DNA of 64,000 nt from Balanoglossus misakiensis (taxonomy: Eukaryota > Animalia > Hemichordata): positions 10,752,088 through 10,816,087 of the forward strand of contig CM082590.2 in NCBI GenBank assembly GCA_040954595.2. Reading direction: 5' to 3'. Positions 27,801 through 42,800 of the stretch are shown piece after piece; the stretch's first letter is position 1, and each line of letters begins with the position of its first letter. The translations under genes were made by a program, and so were the position numbers. The notes under the pieces are model-generated. The model did no database searches. It saw only the letters and a list, made by a program, of their open reading frames with translations, and was not told the origin of the DNA.

Positions 27801-30800
27801 AAAAATCGACGATTTTTCGAATTTGCGAATTTTCAAAATTTGGCCATTTTTTGAAAAAAACCATGGGTTATAGCTCAGGAAAATGTTCAAAAATCGACGA
27901 TTTTTCGACTTTGCGAATTTTCAAAATTTGGTCATTTTTGAAAAAAACCATGGGTTATAGCTCAGGAAAATGTTCAAAAATCGACGATTTTTCGACTTTG
28001 CGAATTTTCAAAATTTGGTCATTTTTTGAAAAAAACCATGGGTTATAGCTCAGGAAAATGTTCAAAAATCGACGATTTTTCGACTTTGCGAATTTTCAAA
28101 ATTTGGTCATTTTTTGAAAAAAACCATGGGTTATAGCTCAGGAAAATGTTCAAAAATCGACGATTTTTCGACTTTGCGAATTTTCAAAATTTGGTCATTT
28201 TTTGAAAAAAAACATGGGTTATAGCTCAGGAAAATGTTCAAAAATCGACGATTTTTCGACTTTTCGAATTTTCAAAATTTGGTCATTTTTTGAAAAACAC
28301 CATGGGTTATAGCTCAGGAAAATGTTCAAAAATCGACGATTTTTCGAATTTGCGAATTTTCAAAATTTGGCCATTTTTTGAAAAAAACCATGGGTTATAG
28401 CTCAGGAAAATGTTCAAAAATCGACGATTTTTCGACTTTGCGAATTTTCAAAATTTGGTCATTTTTTGAAAAAACCATGGGTTATAGCTCAGGAAAATGT
28501 TCAAAAATCGACGATTTTTCGACTTTGCGAATTTTCAAAATTTGGTCATTTTTTGAAAAAAACCATGGGTTATAGCTCAGGAAAATGTTCAAAAATCGAC
28601 GATTTTTCGACTTTGCGAATTTTCAAAATTTGGTCATTTTTTGAAAAAACCATGGGTTATAGCTCAGGAAAATGTTCAAAAATCGACGATTTTTCGACTT
28701 TTCGAATTTTCAAAATCTGGTCATTTTTTGAAAAAAACCATGGGTTATAGCTCAGGAAAATGTTCAAAAATCGACGATTTTTCGACTTTGCGAATTTTCA
28801 AAATTTGGTCATTTTTTGAAAAAAACCATGGGTTATAGCTCAGGAAAATGTTCAAAAATCGACGATTTTTCGACTTTGCGAATTTTCAAAATTTGGTCAT
28901 TTTTTGAAAAAAACCATGGGTTATAGCTCAGGAAAATGTTCAAAAATCGACGATTTTTCGACTTTACGAATTTTCAAAATCTGGCCATTTTTTGAAAAAA
29001 ACCATGGGTTATAGCTCAGGAAAATGTTCAAAAATCGACGATTTTTCGACTTTGCGAATTTTCAAAATTTGGTCATTTTTTGAAAAAACCATGGGTTATA
29101 GCTCAGGAAAATGTTCAAAAATCGACGATTTTTCGACTTTTCGAATTTTCAAAATTTGGTCATATTTTGAAAAAAACCATGGGTTATAGCTCAGGAAAAT
29201 GTTCAAAAATCGACGATTTTTCGAATTTGCGAATTTTCAAAATTTGGCCATTTTTTGAAAAAAACCATGGGTTATAGCTCAGGAAAATGTTCAAAAATCG
29301 ACGATTTTTCGACTTTGCGAATTTTCAAAATTTGGTCATTTTTTGAAAAAACCATGGGTTATAGCTCAGGAAAATGTTCAAAAATCGACGATTTTTCGAC
29401 TTTGCGAATTTTCAAAATTTGGTCATTTTTTGAAAAAAACCATGGGTTATAGCTCAGGAAAATGTTCAAAAATCGACGATTTTTCGACTTTGCGAATTTT
29501 CAAAATTTGGTCATTTTTTGAAAAAACCATGGGTTATAGCTCAGGAAAATGTTCAAAAATCGACGATTTTTCGACTTTTCGAATTTTCAAAATCTGGTCA
29601 TTTTTTGAAAAAAACCATGGGTTATAGCTCAGGAAAATGTTCAAAAATCGACGATTTTTCGACTTTGCGAATTTTCAAAATTTGGTCATTTTTTCAAAAA
29701 AACCATGGGTTATAGCTCAGGAAAATGTTCAAAAATCGACGATTTTTCGACTTTGCGAATTTTCAAAATTTGGTCATTTTTTGAAAAAACCATGGGTTAT
29801 AGCTCAGGAAAATGTTCAAAAATCGACGATTTTTCGACTTTTCGAATTTTCAAAATTTGGTCATTTTTTGAAAAAAACCATGGGTTATAGCTCAGGAAAA
29901 TGTTCAAAAATCGACGATTTCTCGACTTTGCGAATTTTCAAAATTTGGTCATTTTTTGAAAAAACCATGGGTTATAGCTCAGGAAAATGTTCAAAAATCG
30001 ACGATTTTTCGAATTTGCGAATTTTCAAAATTTGGTCATTTTTTGAAAAAAACCATGGGTTATAGCTCAGGAAAATGTTCAAAAATCGACGATTTTTCGA
30101 CTTTGCGAATTTTCAAAATTTGGTCATTTTTTGAAAAAACGGTGGGTTATAGCTCAGGAAAATGTTCAAAAATCGACGATTTTTCGACTTTGCGAATTTT
30201 CAAAATTTGGTCATTTTTTGAAAAAAAACATGGGTTATAGCTCAGGAAAATGTTCAAAAATCGACGATTTTTCGACTTTTCGAATTTTCAAAATTTGGTC
30301 ATTTTTTGAAAAACACCATGGGTTATAGCTCAGGAAAATGTTCAAAAATCGACGATTTTTCGACTTTGCGAATTTTCAAAATTTGGTCATTTTTTGAAAA
30401 AAACCATGGGTTATAGCTCAGGAAAATGTTCAAAAATCGACGATTTTTCGACTTTACGAATTTTCAAAATCTGGCCATTTTTTGAAAAAAACCATGGGTT
30501 ATAGCTCAGGAAAATGTTCAAAAATCGACGATTTTTCGACTTTGCGAATTTTCAAAATTTGGTCATTTTTTGAAAAAACCATGGGTTATAGCTCAGGAAA
30601 ATGTTCAAAAATCGACGATTTTTCGACTTTTCGAATTTTCAAAATTTGGTCATTTTTTGAAAAAAACAATGGGTTATAGCTCAGGAAAATGTTCAAAAAT
30701 CGACGATTTTTCGAATTTGCGAATTTTCAAAATTTGGCCATTTTTTGAAAAAAACCATGGGTTATAGCTCAGGAAAATGTTCAAAAATCGACGATTTTTC

Positions 30801-33800
30801 GACTTTGCGAATTTTCAAAATTTGGTCATTTTTTGAAAAAACCATGGGTTATAGCTCAGGAAAATGTTCAAAAATCGACGATTTTTCGACTTTGCGAATT
30901 TTCAAAATTTGGTCATTTTTTGAAAAAAACCATGGGTTATAGCTCAGGAAAATGTTCAAAAATCGACGATTTTTCGACTTTGCGAATTTTCAAAATTTGG
31001 TCATTTTTTGAAAAAACCATGGGTTATAGCTCAGGAAAATGTTCAAAAATCGACGATTTTTCGACTTTTCGAATTTTCAAAATCTGGTCATTTTTTGAAA
31101 AAAACCATGGGTTATAGCTCAGGAAAATGTTCAAAAATCGACGATTTTTCGACTTTGCGAATTTTCAAAATTTGGTCATTTTTTCAGAAAAACCATGGGT
31201 TATAGCTCAGGAAAATGTTCAAAAATCGACGATTTTTCGACTTTGCGAATTTTCAAAATTTGGTCATTTTTTGAAAAAAACCATGGGTTATAGCTCAGGA
31301 AAATGTTCAAAAATCGACGATTTTTCGACTTTGCGAATTTTCAAAATTTGGTCATTTTTTGAAAAAAACCATGGGTTATAGCTCAGGAAAATGTTCAAAA
31401 ATCGACGATTTTTCGACTTTGCGAATTTTCAAAATTTGGTCATTTTTTCAAAAAAACCATGGGTTATAGCTCAGGAAAATGTTCAAAAATCGACGATTTT
31501 TCGACTTTGCGAATTTTCAAAATTTGGTCATTTTTTGAAAAAAACCATGGGTTATAGCTCAGGAAAATGTTCAAAAATCGACGATTTTTCGACTTTGCGA
31601 ATTTTCAAAATTTGGTCATTTTTTGAAAAAAACCATGGGTTATAGCTCAGGAAAATGTTCAAAAATCGACTATTTTTCGACTTTGCGAATTTTCAAAATT
31701 TGGTCATTTTTTAAAAAAAACCATGGGTTATAGCTCAGGAAAACGTTCAAAAATCGACGATTTTTCGAATTTGCGAATTTTCAAAATTTGGCCATTTTTT
31801 GAAAAAAACCATGGGTTATAGCTCAGGAAAATGTTCAAAAATCGACGATTTTTCGACTTTGCGAATTTTCAAAATTTGGTCATTTTTTGAAAAAACCATG
31901 GGTTATAGCTCAGGAAAATGTTCAAAAATCGACGATTTTTCGACTTTGCGAATTTTCAAAATTTGGTCATTTTTTTTTAAAAAAACCATGGGTTATAGCT
32001 CAGGAAAATGTTCAAAAATCGACGATTTTTCGACTTTGCGAATTTTCAAAATTTGGTCATTTTTTGAAAAAACCATGGGTTATAGCTCAGGAAAATGTTC
32101 AAAAATCGACGATTTTTCGACTTTTCGAATTTTCAAAATTTGGTCATTTTTTGAAAAAAACCATGGGTTATAGCTCAGGAAAATGTTCAAAAATCGACGA
32201 TTTTTCGACTTTGCGAATTTTCAAAATTTGGCCATTTTTTGAAAAAAACCATGGGTTATAGCTCAGGAAAATGTTCAAAAATCGACGATTTTTCGACTTT
32301 GCGAATTTTCAAAATTTGGTCATTTTTTGAAAAAACCATGGGTTATAGCTCAGGAAAATGTTCAAAAATCGACGATTTTTCGACTTTTCGAATTTTCAAA
32401 ATTTGGCCATTTTTTGAAAAAAACCATGGGTTATAGCTCAGGAAAATGTTCAAAAATCGACGATTTTTCGACTTTGCGAATTTTCAAAATTTGGCCATTT
32501 TTTGAAAAAAACCATGGGTTATAGCTCAGGAAAATGTTCAAAAATCGACGATTTTTCGACTTTGCGAATTTTCAAAATTTGGCCATTTTTTGAAAAAAAC
32601 CATGGGTTATAGCTCAGGAAAATGTTCAAAAATCGACGAATTTTCGACTTTGCGAATTTTCAAAATCTGGTCATTTTTTGAAAAAAACCATGGGTTATAG
32701 CTCAGGAAAATGTTCAAAAATCGACGATTTTTCGACTTTGCGAATTTTCAAAATTTGGTCATTTTTTGAAAAAAACCATGGGTTATAGCTCAGGAAAATG
32801 TTCAAAAATCGACGATTTTTCGACTTTACGAATTTTCAAAATCTGGCCATTTTTTGAAAAAAACCATGGGTTATAGCTCAGGAAAATGTTCAAAAATCGA
32901 CGATTTTTCGACTTTACGAATTTTCAAAATCTGGCCATTTTTTGAAAAAAACCATGGGTTATAGCTCAGGAAAATGTTCAAAAATCGACGATTTTTCGAC
33001 TTTGCGAATTTTCAAAATTTGGTCATTTTTTGAAAAAACCATGGGTTATAGCTCAGGAAAATGTTCAAAAATCGACGATTTTTCGACTTTTCGAATTTTC
33101 AAAATTTGGTCATTTTTTGAAAAAAACCATGGGTTATAGCTCAGGAAAATGTTCAAAAATCGACGATTTTTCGACTTTGCGAATTTTCAAAATTTGGTCA
33201 TTTTTTGAAAAAAACCATGGGTTATAGCTCAGGAAAATGTTCAAAAATCGACGATTTTTCGACTTTACGAATTTTCAAAATCTGGCCATTTTTTGCAAAA
33301 AACCATGGGTTATAGCTCAGGAAAATGTTCAAAAATCGACGATTTTTCGACTTTACGAATTTTCAAAATCTGGCCATTTTTTGAAAAAAACCATGGGTTA
33401 TAGCTCAGGAAAATGTTCAAAAATCGACGATTTTTCGACTTTGCGAATTTTCAAAATTTGGTCATTTTTTGAAAAAACCATGGGTTATAGCTCAGGAAAA
33501 TGTTCAAAAATCGACGATTTTTCGACTTTTCGAATTTTCAAAATTTGGTCATTTTTTGAAAAAAACCATGGGATATAGCTCAGGAAAATGTTCAAAAATC
33601 GACGATTTTTCGAATTTGCGAATTTTCAAAATTTGGCCATTTTTTGAAAAAAACCATTGGTTATAGCTCAGGAAAATGTTCAAAAATCGACGATTTTTCG
33701 ACTTTGCGAATTTTCAAAATTTGGTCATTTTTTGAAAAAAACCATGGGTTATAGCTCAGGAAAATGTTCAAAAATCGACGATTTTTCGACTTTGCGAATT

Positions 33801-36800
33801 TTCAAAATTTGGTCATTTTTTGAAAAAAACCATGGGTTATAGCTCAGGAAAATGTTCAAAAATCGACGATTTTTCGACTTTGCGAATTTTCAAAATTTGG
33901 TCATTTTTTGAAAAAAACCATGGGTTATAGCTCAGGAAAATGTTCAAAAATCGACGATTTTTCGACTTTGCGAATTTTCAAAATTTGGTCATTTTTTGAA
34001 AAAAAACATGGGTTATAGCTCAGGAAAATGTTCAAAAATCGACGATTTTTCGACTTTGCGAATTTTCAAAATTTGGTCATTTTTTGAAAAAACCATGGGT
34101 TATAGCTCAGGAAAATGTTCAAAAATCGACGATTTTTCGACTTTTCGAATTTTCAAAATTTTGTCATTTTTTGAAAAAAACCATGGGTTATAGCTCAGGA
34201 AAATGTTCAAAAATCGACGATTTTTCGAATTTGCGAATTTTCAAAATTTGGCCATTTTTTGAAAAAAACCATGGGTTATAGCTCAGGAAAATGTTCAAAA
34301 ATCGACGATTTTTCGACTTTCCGAATTTTCAAAATTTGGACATTTTTTGAAAAAACCATGGGTTATAGCTCAGGAAAATGTTCAAAAATCGACGATTTTT
34401 CGACTTTGCGAATTTTCAAAATTTGGTCATTTTTTGAAAAAAACCATGGGTTATAGCTCAGGAAAATGTTCAAAAATCGACGATTTTTCGACTTTGCGAA
34501 TTTTCAAAATTTGGTCATTTTTTGAAAAAACCATGGGTTATAGCTCAGGAAAATGTTCAAAAATCGACGATTTTTCGACTTTTCGAATTTTCAAAATCTG
34601 GTCATTTTTTGAAAAAAACCATGGGTTATAGCTCAGGAAAATGTTCAAAAATCGACGATTTTTCGACTTTGCGAATTTTCAAAATTTGGTCATTTTTTGA
34701 AAAAAACCATGGGTTATAGCTCAGGAAAATGTTCAAAAATCGACGATTTTTCGACTTTGCGAATTTTCAAAATTTGGTCATTTTTTGAAAAAAACCATGG
34801 GTTATAGCTCAGGAAAATGTTCAAAAATCGACGATTTTTCGACTTTACGAATTTTCAAAATCTGGCCATTTTTTGAAAAAAACCATGGGTTATAGCTCAG
34901 GAAAATGTTCAAAAATCGACGATTTTTCGACTTTGCGAATTTTCAAAATTTGGTCATTTTTTGAAAAAACCATGGGTTATAGCTCAGGAAAATGTTCAAA
35001 AATCGACGATTTTTCGACTTTTCGAATTTTCAAAATTTGGTCATTTTTTGAAAAAAACCATGGGTTATAGCTCAGGAAAATGTTCAAAAATCGACGATTT
35101 TTCGAATTTGCGAATTTTCAAAATTTGGCCATTTTTTGAAAAAAACCATGGGTTATAGCTCAGGAAAATGTTCAAAAATCGACGATTTTTCGACTTTGCG
35201 AATTTTCAAAATTTGGTCATTTTTTGAAAAAACGGTGGGTTATAGCTCAGGAAAATGTTCAAAAATCGACGATTTTTCGACTTTGCGAATTTTCAAAATT
35301 TGGTCATTTTTTGAAAAAAACCATGGGTTATAGCTCAGGAAAATGTTCAAAAATCGACGATTTTTCGACTTTGCGAATTTTCAAAATTTGGTCATTTTTT
35401 GAAAAAACCATGGGTTATAGCTCAGGAAAATGTTCAAAAATCGACGATTTTTCGACTTTTCGAATTTTCAAAATCTGGTCATTTTTTGAAAAAAACCATG
35501 GGTTATAGCTCAGGAAAATGTTCAAAAATCGACGATTTTTCGACTTTGCGAATTTTCAAAATTTGGTCATTTTTTGAAAAAAACCATGGGTTATAGCTCA
35601 GGAAAATGTTCAAAAATCGACGATTTTTCAACTTTGCGAATTTTCAAAATTTGGTCATTTTTTGAAAAAAACCATGGGTTATAGCTCAGGAAAATGTTCA
35701 AAAATCGACGATTTTTCGACTTTGCGAATTTTCAAAATTTGGTCATTTTTTGAAAAAAACCATGGGTTATAGCTCAGGAAAATGTTCAAAAATCGACGAT
35801 TTTTCGACTTTGCGAATTTTCAAAATTTGGTCATTTTTTGAAAAAAACCATGGGTTATAGCTCAGGAAAATGTTCAAAAATCGACGATTTTTCGACTTTG
35901 CGAATTTTCAAAATTTGGTCATTTTTTGAAAAAAACCATGGGTTATAGCTCAGGAAAATGTTCAAAAATCGACGATTTTTCGACTTTGCGAATTTTCAAA
36001 ATTTGGTCATTTTTTAAAAAAACCATGGGTTATAGCTCAGGAAAATGTTCAAAAATCGACGATTTTTCGACTTTGCGAATTTTCAAAATCTGGCCATTTT
36101 TTGAAAAAAACCATGGGTTATAGCTCAGGAAAATGTTCAAAAATCGACGATTTTTCGACTTTGCGAATTTTCAAAATTTGGTCATTTTTTGAAAAAAACC
36201 ATGGGTTATAGCTCAGGAAAATGTTCAAAAATCGACGATTTTTCGACTTTGCGAATTTTCAAAATTTGGTCATTTTTTGAAAAAACCATGGGTTATAGCT
36301 CAGGAAAATGTTCAAAAATCGACGATTTTTCGACTTTTCGAATTTTCAAAATCTGGTCATTTTTTGAAAAAAACCATGGGTTATAGCTCAGGAAAATGTT
36401 CAAAAATCGACGATTTTTCGACTTTGCGAATTTTCAAAATTTGGTCATTTTTTGAAAAAAACCATGGGTTATAGCTCAGGAAAATGTTCAAAAATCGACG
36501 ATTTTTCGACTTTGCGAATTTTCAAAATTTGGTCATTTTTTGAAAAAAACCATGGGTTATAGCTCAGGAAAATGTTCAAAAATCGACGATTTTTCGACTT
36601 TACGAATTTTCAAAATCTGGCCATTTTTTGAAAAAAACCATGGGTTATAGCTCAGGAAAATGTTCAAAAATCGACGATTTTTCGACTTTGCGAATTTTCA
36701 AAATTTGGTCATTTTTTGAAAAAACCATGGGTTATAGCTCAGGAAAATGTTCAAAAATCGACGATTTTTCGACTTTTCGAATTTTCAAAATTTGGTCATT

Positions 36801-39800
36801 TTTTGAAAAAAACCATGGGTTATAGCTCAGGAAAATGTTCAAAAATCGACGATTTTTCGAATTTGCGAATTTTCAAAATTTGGCCATTTTTTGAAAAAAA
36901 CCATGGGTTATAGCTCAGGAAAATGTTCAAAAATCGACGATTTTTCGACTTTGCGAATTTTCAAAATTTGGTCATTTTTTGAAAAAACGGTGGGTTATAG
37001 CTCAGGAAAATGTTCAAAAATCGACGATTTTTCGACTTTGCGAATTTTCAAAATTTGGTCATTTTTTGAAAAAAACCATGGGTTATAGCTCAGGAAAATG
37101 TTCAAAAATCGACGATTTTTCGACTTTGCGAATTTTCAAAATTTGGTCATTTTTTGAAAAAACCATGGGTTATAGCTCAGGAAAATGTTCAAAAATCGAC
37201 GATTTTTCGACTTTTCGAATTTTCAAAATCTGGTCATTTTTTGAAAAAAACCATGGGTTATAGCTCAGGAAAATGTTCAAAAATCGACGATTTTTCGACT
37301 TTGCGAATTTTCAAAATTTGGTCATTTTTTGAAAAAAACCATGGGTTATAGCTCAGGAAAATGTTCAAAAATCGACGATTTTTCAACTTTGCGAATTTTC
37401 AAAATTTGGTCATTTTTTGAAAAAAACCATGGGTTATAGCTCAGGAAAATGTTCAAAAATCGACGATTTTTCGACTTTGCGAATTTTCAAAATTTGGTCA
37501 TTTTTTGAAAAAAACCATGGGTTATAGCTCAGGAAAATGTTCAAAAATCGACGATTTTTCGACTTTGCGAATTTTCAAAATTTGGTCATTTTTTGAAAAA
37601 AACCATGGGTTATAGCTCAGGAAAATGTTCAAAAATCGACGATTTTTCGACTTTGCGAATTTTCAAAATTTGGTCATTTTTTGAAAAAAACCATGGGTTA
37701 TAGCTCAGGAAAATGTTCAAAAATCGACGATTTTTCGACTTTGCGAATTTTCAAAATTTGGTCATTTTTTAAAAAAACCATGGGTTATAGCTCAGGAAAA
37801 TGTTCAAAAATCGACGATTTTTCGACTTTGCGAATTTTCAAAATCTGGCCATTTTTTGAAAAAAACCATGGGTTATAGCTCAGGAAAATGTTCAAAAATC
37901 GACGATTTTTCGACTTTGCGAATTTTCAAAATTTGGTCATTTTTTGAAAAAACCATGGGTTATAGCTCAGGAAAATGTTCAAAAATCGACGATTTTTCGA
38001 CTTTTCGAATTTTCAAAATTTGGTCATTTTTTGAAAAAAACCATGGGTTATAGCTCAGGAAAATGTTCAAAAATCGACGATTTTTCGACTTTGCGAATTT
38101 TCAAAATTTGGCCATTTTTTGAAAAAAACCATGGGTTATAGCTCAGGAAAATGTTCAAAAATCGACGATTTTTCGACTTTGCGAATTTTCAAAATTTGGT
38201 CATTTTTTGAAAAAAACAATGGGTTATAGCTCAGGAAAATGTTCAAAAATCGACGATTTTTCGAATTTGCGAATTTTCAAAATTTGGCCATTTTTTGAAA
38301 AAAACCATGGGTTATAGCTCAGGAAAATGTTCAAAAATCGACGATTTTTCGACTTTGCGAATTTTCAAAATTTGGTCATTTTTTGAAAAAACCATGGGTT
38401 ATAGCTCAGGAAAATGTTCAAAAATCGACGATTTTTCGACTTTGCGAATTTTCAAAATTTGGTCATTTTTTGAAAAAAACCATGGGTTATAGCTCAGGAA
38501 AATGTTCAAAAATCGACGATTTTTCGACTTTGCGAATTTTCAAAATTTGGTCATTTTTTGAAAAAACCATGGGTTATAGCTCAGGAAAATGTTCAAAAAT
38601 CGACGATTTTTCGACTTTTCGAATTTTCAAAATCTGGTCATTTTTTGAAAAAAACCATGGGTTATAGCTCAGGAAAATGTTCAAAAATCGACGATTTTTC
38701 GACTTTGCGAATTTTCAAAATTTGGTCATTTTTTCAAAAAAACCATGGGTTATAGCTCAGGAAAATGTTCAAAAATCGACGATTTTTCGACTTTGCGAAT
38801 TTTCAAAATTTGGTCATTTTTTGAAAAAAACCATGGGTTATAGCTCAGGAAAATGTTCAAAAATCGACGATTTTTCGACTTTGCGAATTTTCAAAATTTG
38901 GTCATTTTTTGAAAAAAACCATGGGTTATAGCTCAGGAAAATGTTCAAAAATCGACGATTTTTCGACTTTGCGAATTTTCAAAATTTGGTCATTTTTTCA
39001 AAAAAACCATGGGTTATAGCTCAGGAAAATGTTCAAAAATCGACGATTTTTCGACTTTGCGAATTTTCAAAATTTGGTCATTTTTTGAAAAAAACCATGG
39101 GTTATAGCTCAGGAAAATGTTCAAAAATCGACGATTTTTCGACTTTGCGAATTTTCAAAATTTGGTCATTTTTTGAAAAAAACCATGGGTTATAGCTCAG
39201 GAAAATGTTCAAAAATCGACTATTTTTCGACTTTGCGAATTTTCAAAATTTGGTCATTTTTTAAAAAAAACCATGGGTTATAGCTCAGGAAAATGTTCAA
39301 AAATCGACGATTTTTCGAATTTGCGAATTTTCAAAATTTGGCCATTTTTTGAAAAAAACCATGGGTTATAGCTCAGGAAAATGTTCAAAAATCGACGATT
39401 TTTCGACTTTGCGAATTTTCAAAATTTGGTCATTTTTTGAAAAAACCATGGGTTATAGCTCAGGAAAATGTTCAAAAATCGACGATTTTTCGACTTTGCG
39501 AATTTTCAAAATTTGGTCATTTTTTTTTAAAAAAACCATGGGTTATAGCTCAGGAAAATGTTCAAAAATCGACGATTTTTCGACTTTGCGAATTTTCAAA
39601 ATTTGGTCATTTTTTGAAAAAACCATGGGTTATAGCTCAGGAAAATGTTCAAAAATCGACGATTTTTCGACTTTTCGAATTTTCAAAATTTGGTCATTTT
39701 TTGAAAAAAACCATGGGTTATAGCTCAGGAAAATGTTCAAAAATCGACGATTTTTCGACTTTGCGAATTTTCAAAATTTGGCCATTTTTTGAAAAAAACC

Positions 39801-42800
39801 ATGGGTTATAGCTCAGGAAAATGTTCAAAAATCGACGATTTTTCGACTTTGCGAATTTTCAAAATTTGGTCATTTTTTGAAAAAACCATGGGTTATAGCT
39901 CAGGAAAATGTTCAAAAATCGACGATTTTTCGACTTTTCGAATTTTCAAAATTTGGCCATTTTTTGAAAAAAACCATGGGTTATAGCTCAGGAAAATGTT
40001 CAAAAATCGACGATTTTTCGACTTTGCGAATTTTCAAAATTTGGCCATTTTTTGAAAAAAACCATGGGTTATAGCTCAGGAAAATGTTCAAAAATCGACG
40101 ATTTTTCGACTTTGCGAATTTTCAAAATTTGGCCATTTTTTGAAAAAAACCATGGGTTATAGCTCAGGAAAATGTTCAAAAATCGACGAATTTTCGACTT
40201 TGCGAATTTTCAAAATCTGGTCATTTTTTGAAAAAAACCATGGGTTATAGCTCAGGAAAATGTTCAAAAATCGACGATTTTTCGACTTTGCGAATTTTCA
40301 AAATTTGGTCATTTTTTGAAAAAAACCATGGGTTATAGCTCAGGAAAATGTTCAAAAATCGACGATTTTTCGACTTTACGAATTTTCAAAATCTGGCCAT
40401 TTTTTGAAAAAAACCATGGGTTATAGCTCAGGAAAATGTTCAAAAATCGACGATTTTTCGACTTTACGAATTTTCAAAATCTGGCCATTTTTTGAAAAAA
40501 ACCATGGGTTATAGCTCAGGAAAATGTTCAAAAATCGACGATTTTTCGACTTTGCGAATTTTCAAAATTTGGTCATTTTTTGAAAAAACCATGGGTTATA
40601 GCTCAGGAAAATGTTCAAAAATCGACGATTTTTCGACTTTTCGAATTTTCAAAATTTGGTCATTTTTTGAAAAAAACCATGGGTTATAGCTCAGGAAAAT
40701 GTTCAAAAATCGACGATTTTTCGACTTTGCGAATTTTCAAAATTTGGTCATTTTTTGAAAAAAACCATGGGTTATAGCTCAGGAAAATGTTCAAAAATCG
40801 ACGATTTTTCGACTTTACGAATTTTCAAAATCTGGCCATTTTTTGCAAAAAACCATGGGTTATAGCTCAGGAAAATGTTCAAAAATCGACGATTTTTCGA
40901 CTTTACGAATTTTCAAAATCTGGCCATTTTTTGAAAAAAACCATGGGTTATAGCTCAGGAAAATGTTCAAAAATCGACGATTTTTCGACTTTGCGAATTT
41001 TCAAAATTTGGTCATTTTTTGAAAAAACCATGGGTTATAGCTCAGGAAAATGTTCAAAAATCGACGATTTTTCGACTTTTCGAATTTTCAAAATTTGGTC
41101 ATTTTTTGAAAAAAACCATGGGATATAGCTCAGGAAAATGTTCAAAAATCGACGATTTTTCGAATTTGCGAATTTTCAAAATTTGGCCATTTTTTGAAAA
41201 AAACCATGGGTTATAGCTCAGGAAAATGTTCAAAAATCGACGATTTTTCGACTTTGCGAATTTTCAAAATTTGGTCATTTTTTGAAAAAAACCATGGGTT
41301 ATAGCTCAGGAAAATGTTCAAAAATCGACGATTTTTCGACTTTGCGAATTTTCAAAATTTGGTCATTTTTTGAAAAAAACCATGGGTTATAGCTCAGGAA
41401 AATGTTCAAAAATCGACGATTTTTCGACTTTGCGAATTTTCAAAATTTGGTCATTTTTTGAAAAAAACCATGGGTTATAGCTCAGGAAAATGTTCAAAAA
41501 TCGACGATTTTTCGACTTTGCGAATTTTCAAAATTTGGTCATTTTTTGAAAAAAAACATGGGTTATAGCTCAGGAAAATGTTCAAAAATCGACGATTTTT
41601 CGACTTTGCGAATTTTCAAAATTTGGTCATTTTTTGAAAAAACCATGGGTTATAGCTCAGGAAAATGTTCAAAAATCGACGATTTTTCGACTTTTCGAAT
41701 TTTCAAAATTTTGTCATTTTTTGAAAAAAACCATGGGTTATAGCTCAGGAAAATGTTCAAAAATCGACGATTTTTCGAATTTGCGAATTTTCAAAATTTG
41801 GCCATTTTTTGAAAAAAACCATGGGTTATAGCTCAGGAAAATGTTCAAAAATCGACGATTTTTCGACTTTCCGAATTTTCAAAATTTGGACATTTTTTGA
41901 AAAAACCATGGGTTATAGCTCAGGAAAATGTTCAAAAATCGACGATTTTTCGACTTTGCGAATTTTCAAAATTTGGTCATTTTTTGAAAAAAACCATGGG
42001 TTATAGCTCAGGAAAATGTTCAAAAATCGACGATTTTTCGACTTTGCGAATTTTCAAAATTTGGTCATTTTTTGAAAAAACCATGGGTTATAGCTCAGGA
42101 AAATGTTCAAAAATCGACGATTTTTCGACTTTTCGAATTTTCAAAATCTGGTCATTTTTTGAAAAAAACCATGGGTTATAGCTCAGGAAAATGTTCAAAA
42201 ATCGACGATTTTTCGACTTTGCGAATTTTCAAAATTTGGTCATTTTTTGAAAAAAACCATGGGTTATAGCTCAGGAAAATGTTCAAAAATCGACGATTTT
42301 TCGACTTTGCGAATTTTCAAAATTTGGTCATTTTTTGAAAAAAACCATGGGTTATAGCTCAGGAAAATGTTCAAAAATCGACGATTTTTCGACTTTACGA
42401 ATTTTCAAAATCTGGCCATTTTTTGAAAAAAACCATGGGTTATAGCTCAGGAAAATGTTCAAAAATCGACGATTTTTCGACTTTGCGAATTTTCAAAATT
42501 TGGTCATTTTTTGAAAAAACCATGGGTTATAGCTCAGGAAAATGTTCAAAAATCGACGATTTTTCGACTTTTCGAATTTTCAAAATTTGGTCATTTTTTG
42601 AAAAAAACCATGGGTTATAGCTCAGGAAAATGTTCAAAAATCGACGATTTTTCGAATTTGCGAATTTTCAAAATTTGGCCATTTTTTGAAAAAAACCATG
42701 GGTTATAGCTCAGGAAAATGTTCAAAAATCGACGATTTTTCGACTTTGCGAATTTTCAAAATTTGGTCATTTTTTGAAAAAACGGTGGGTTATAGCTCAG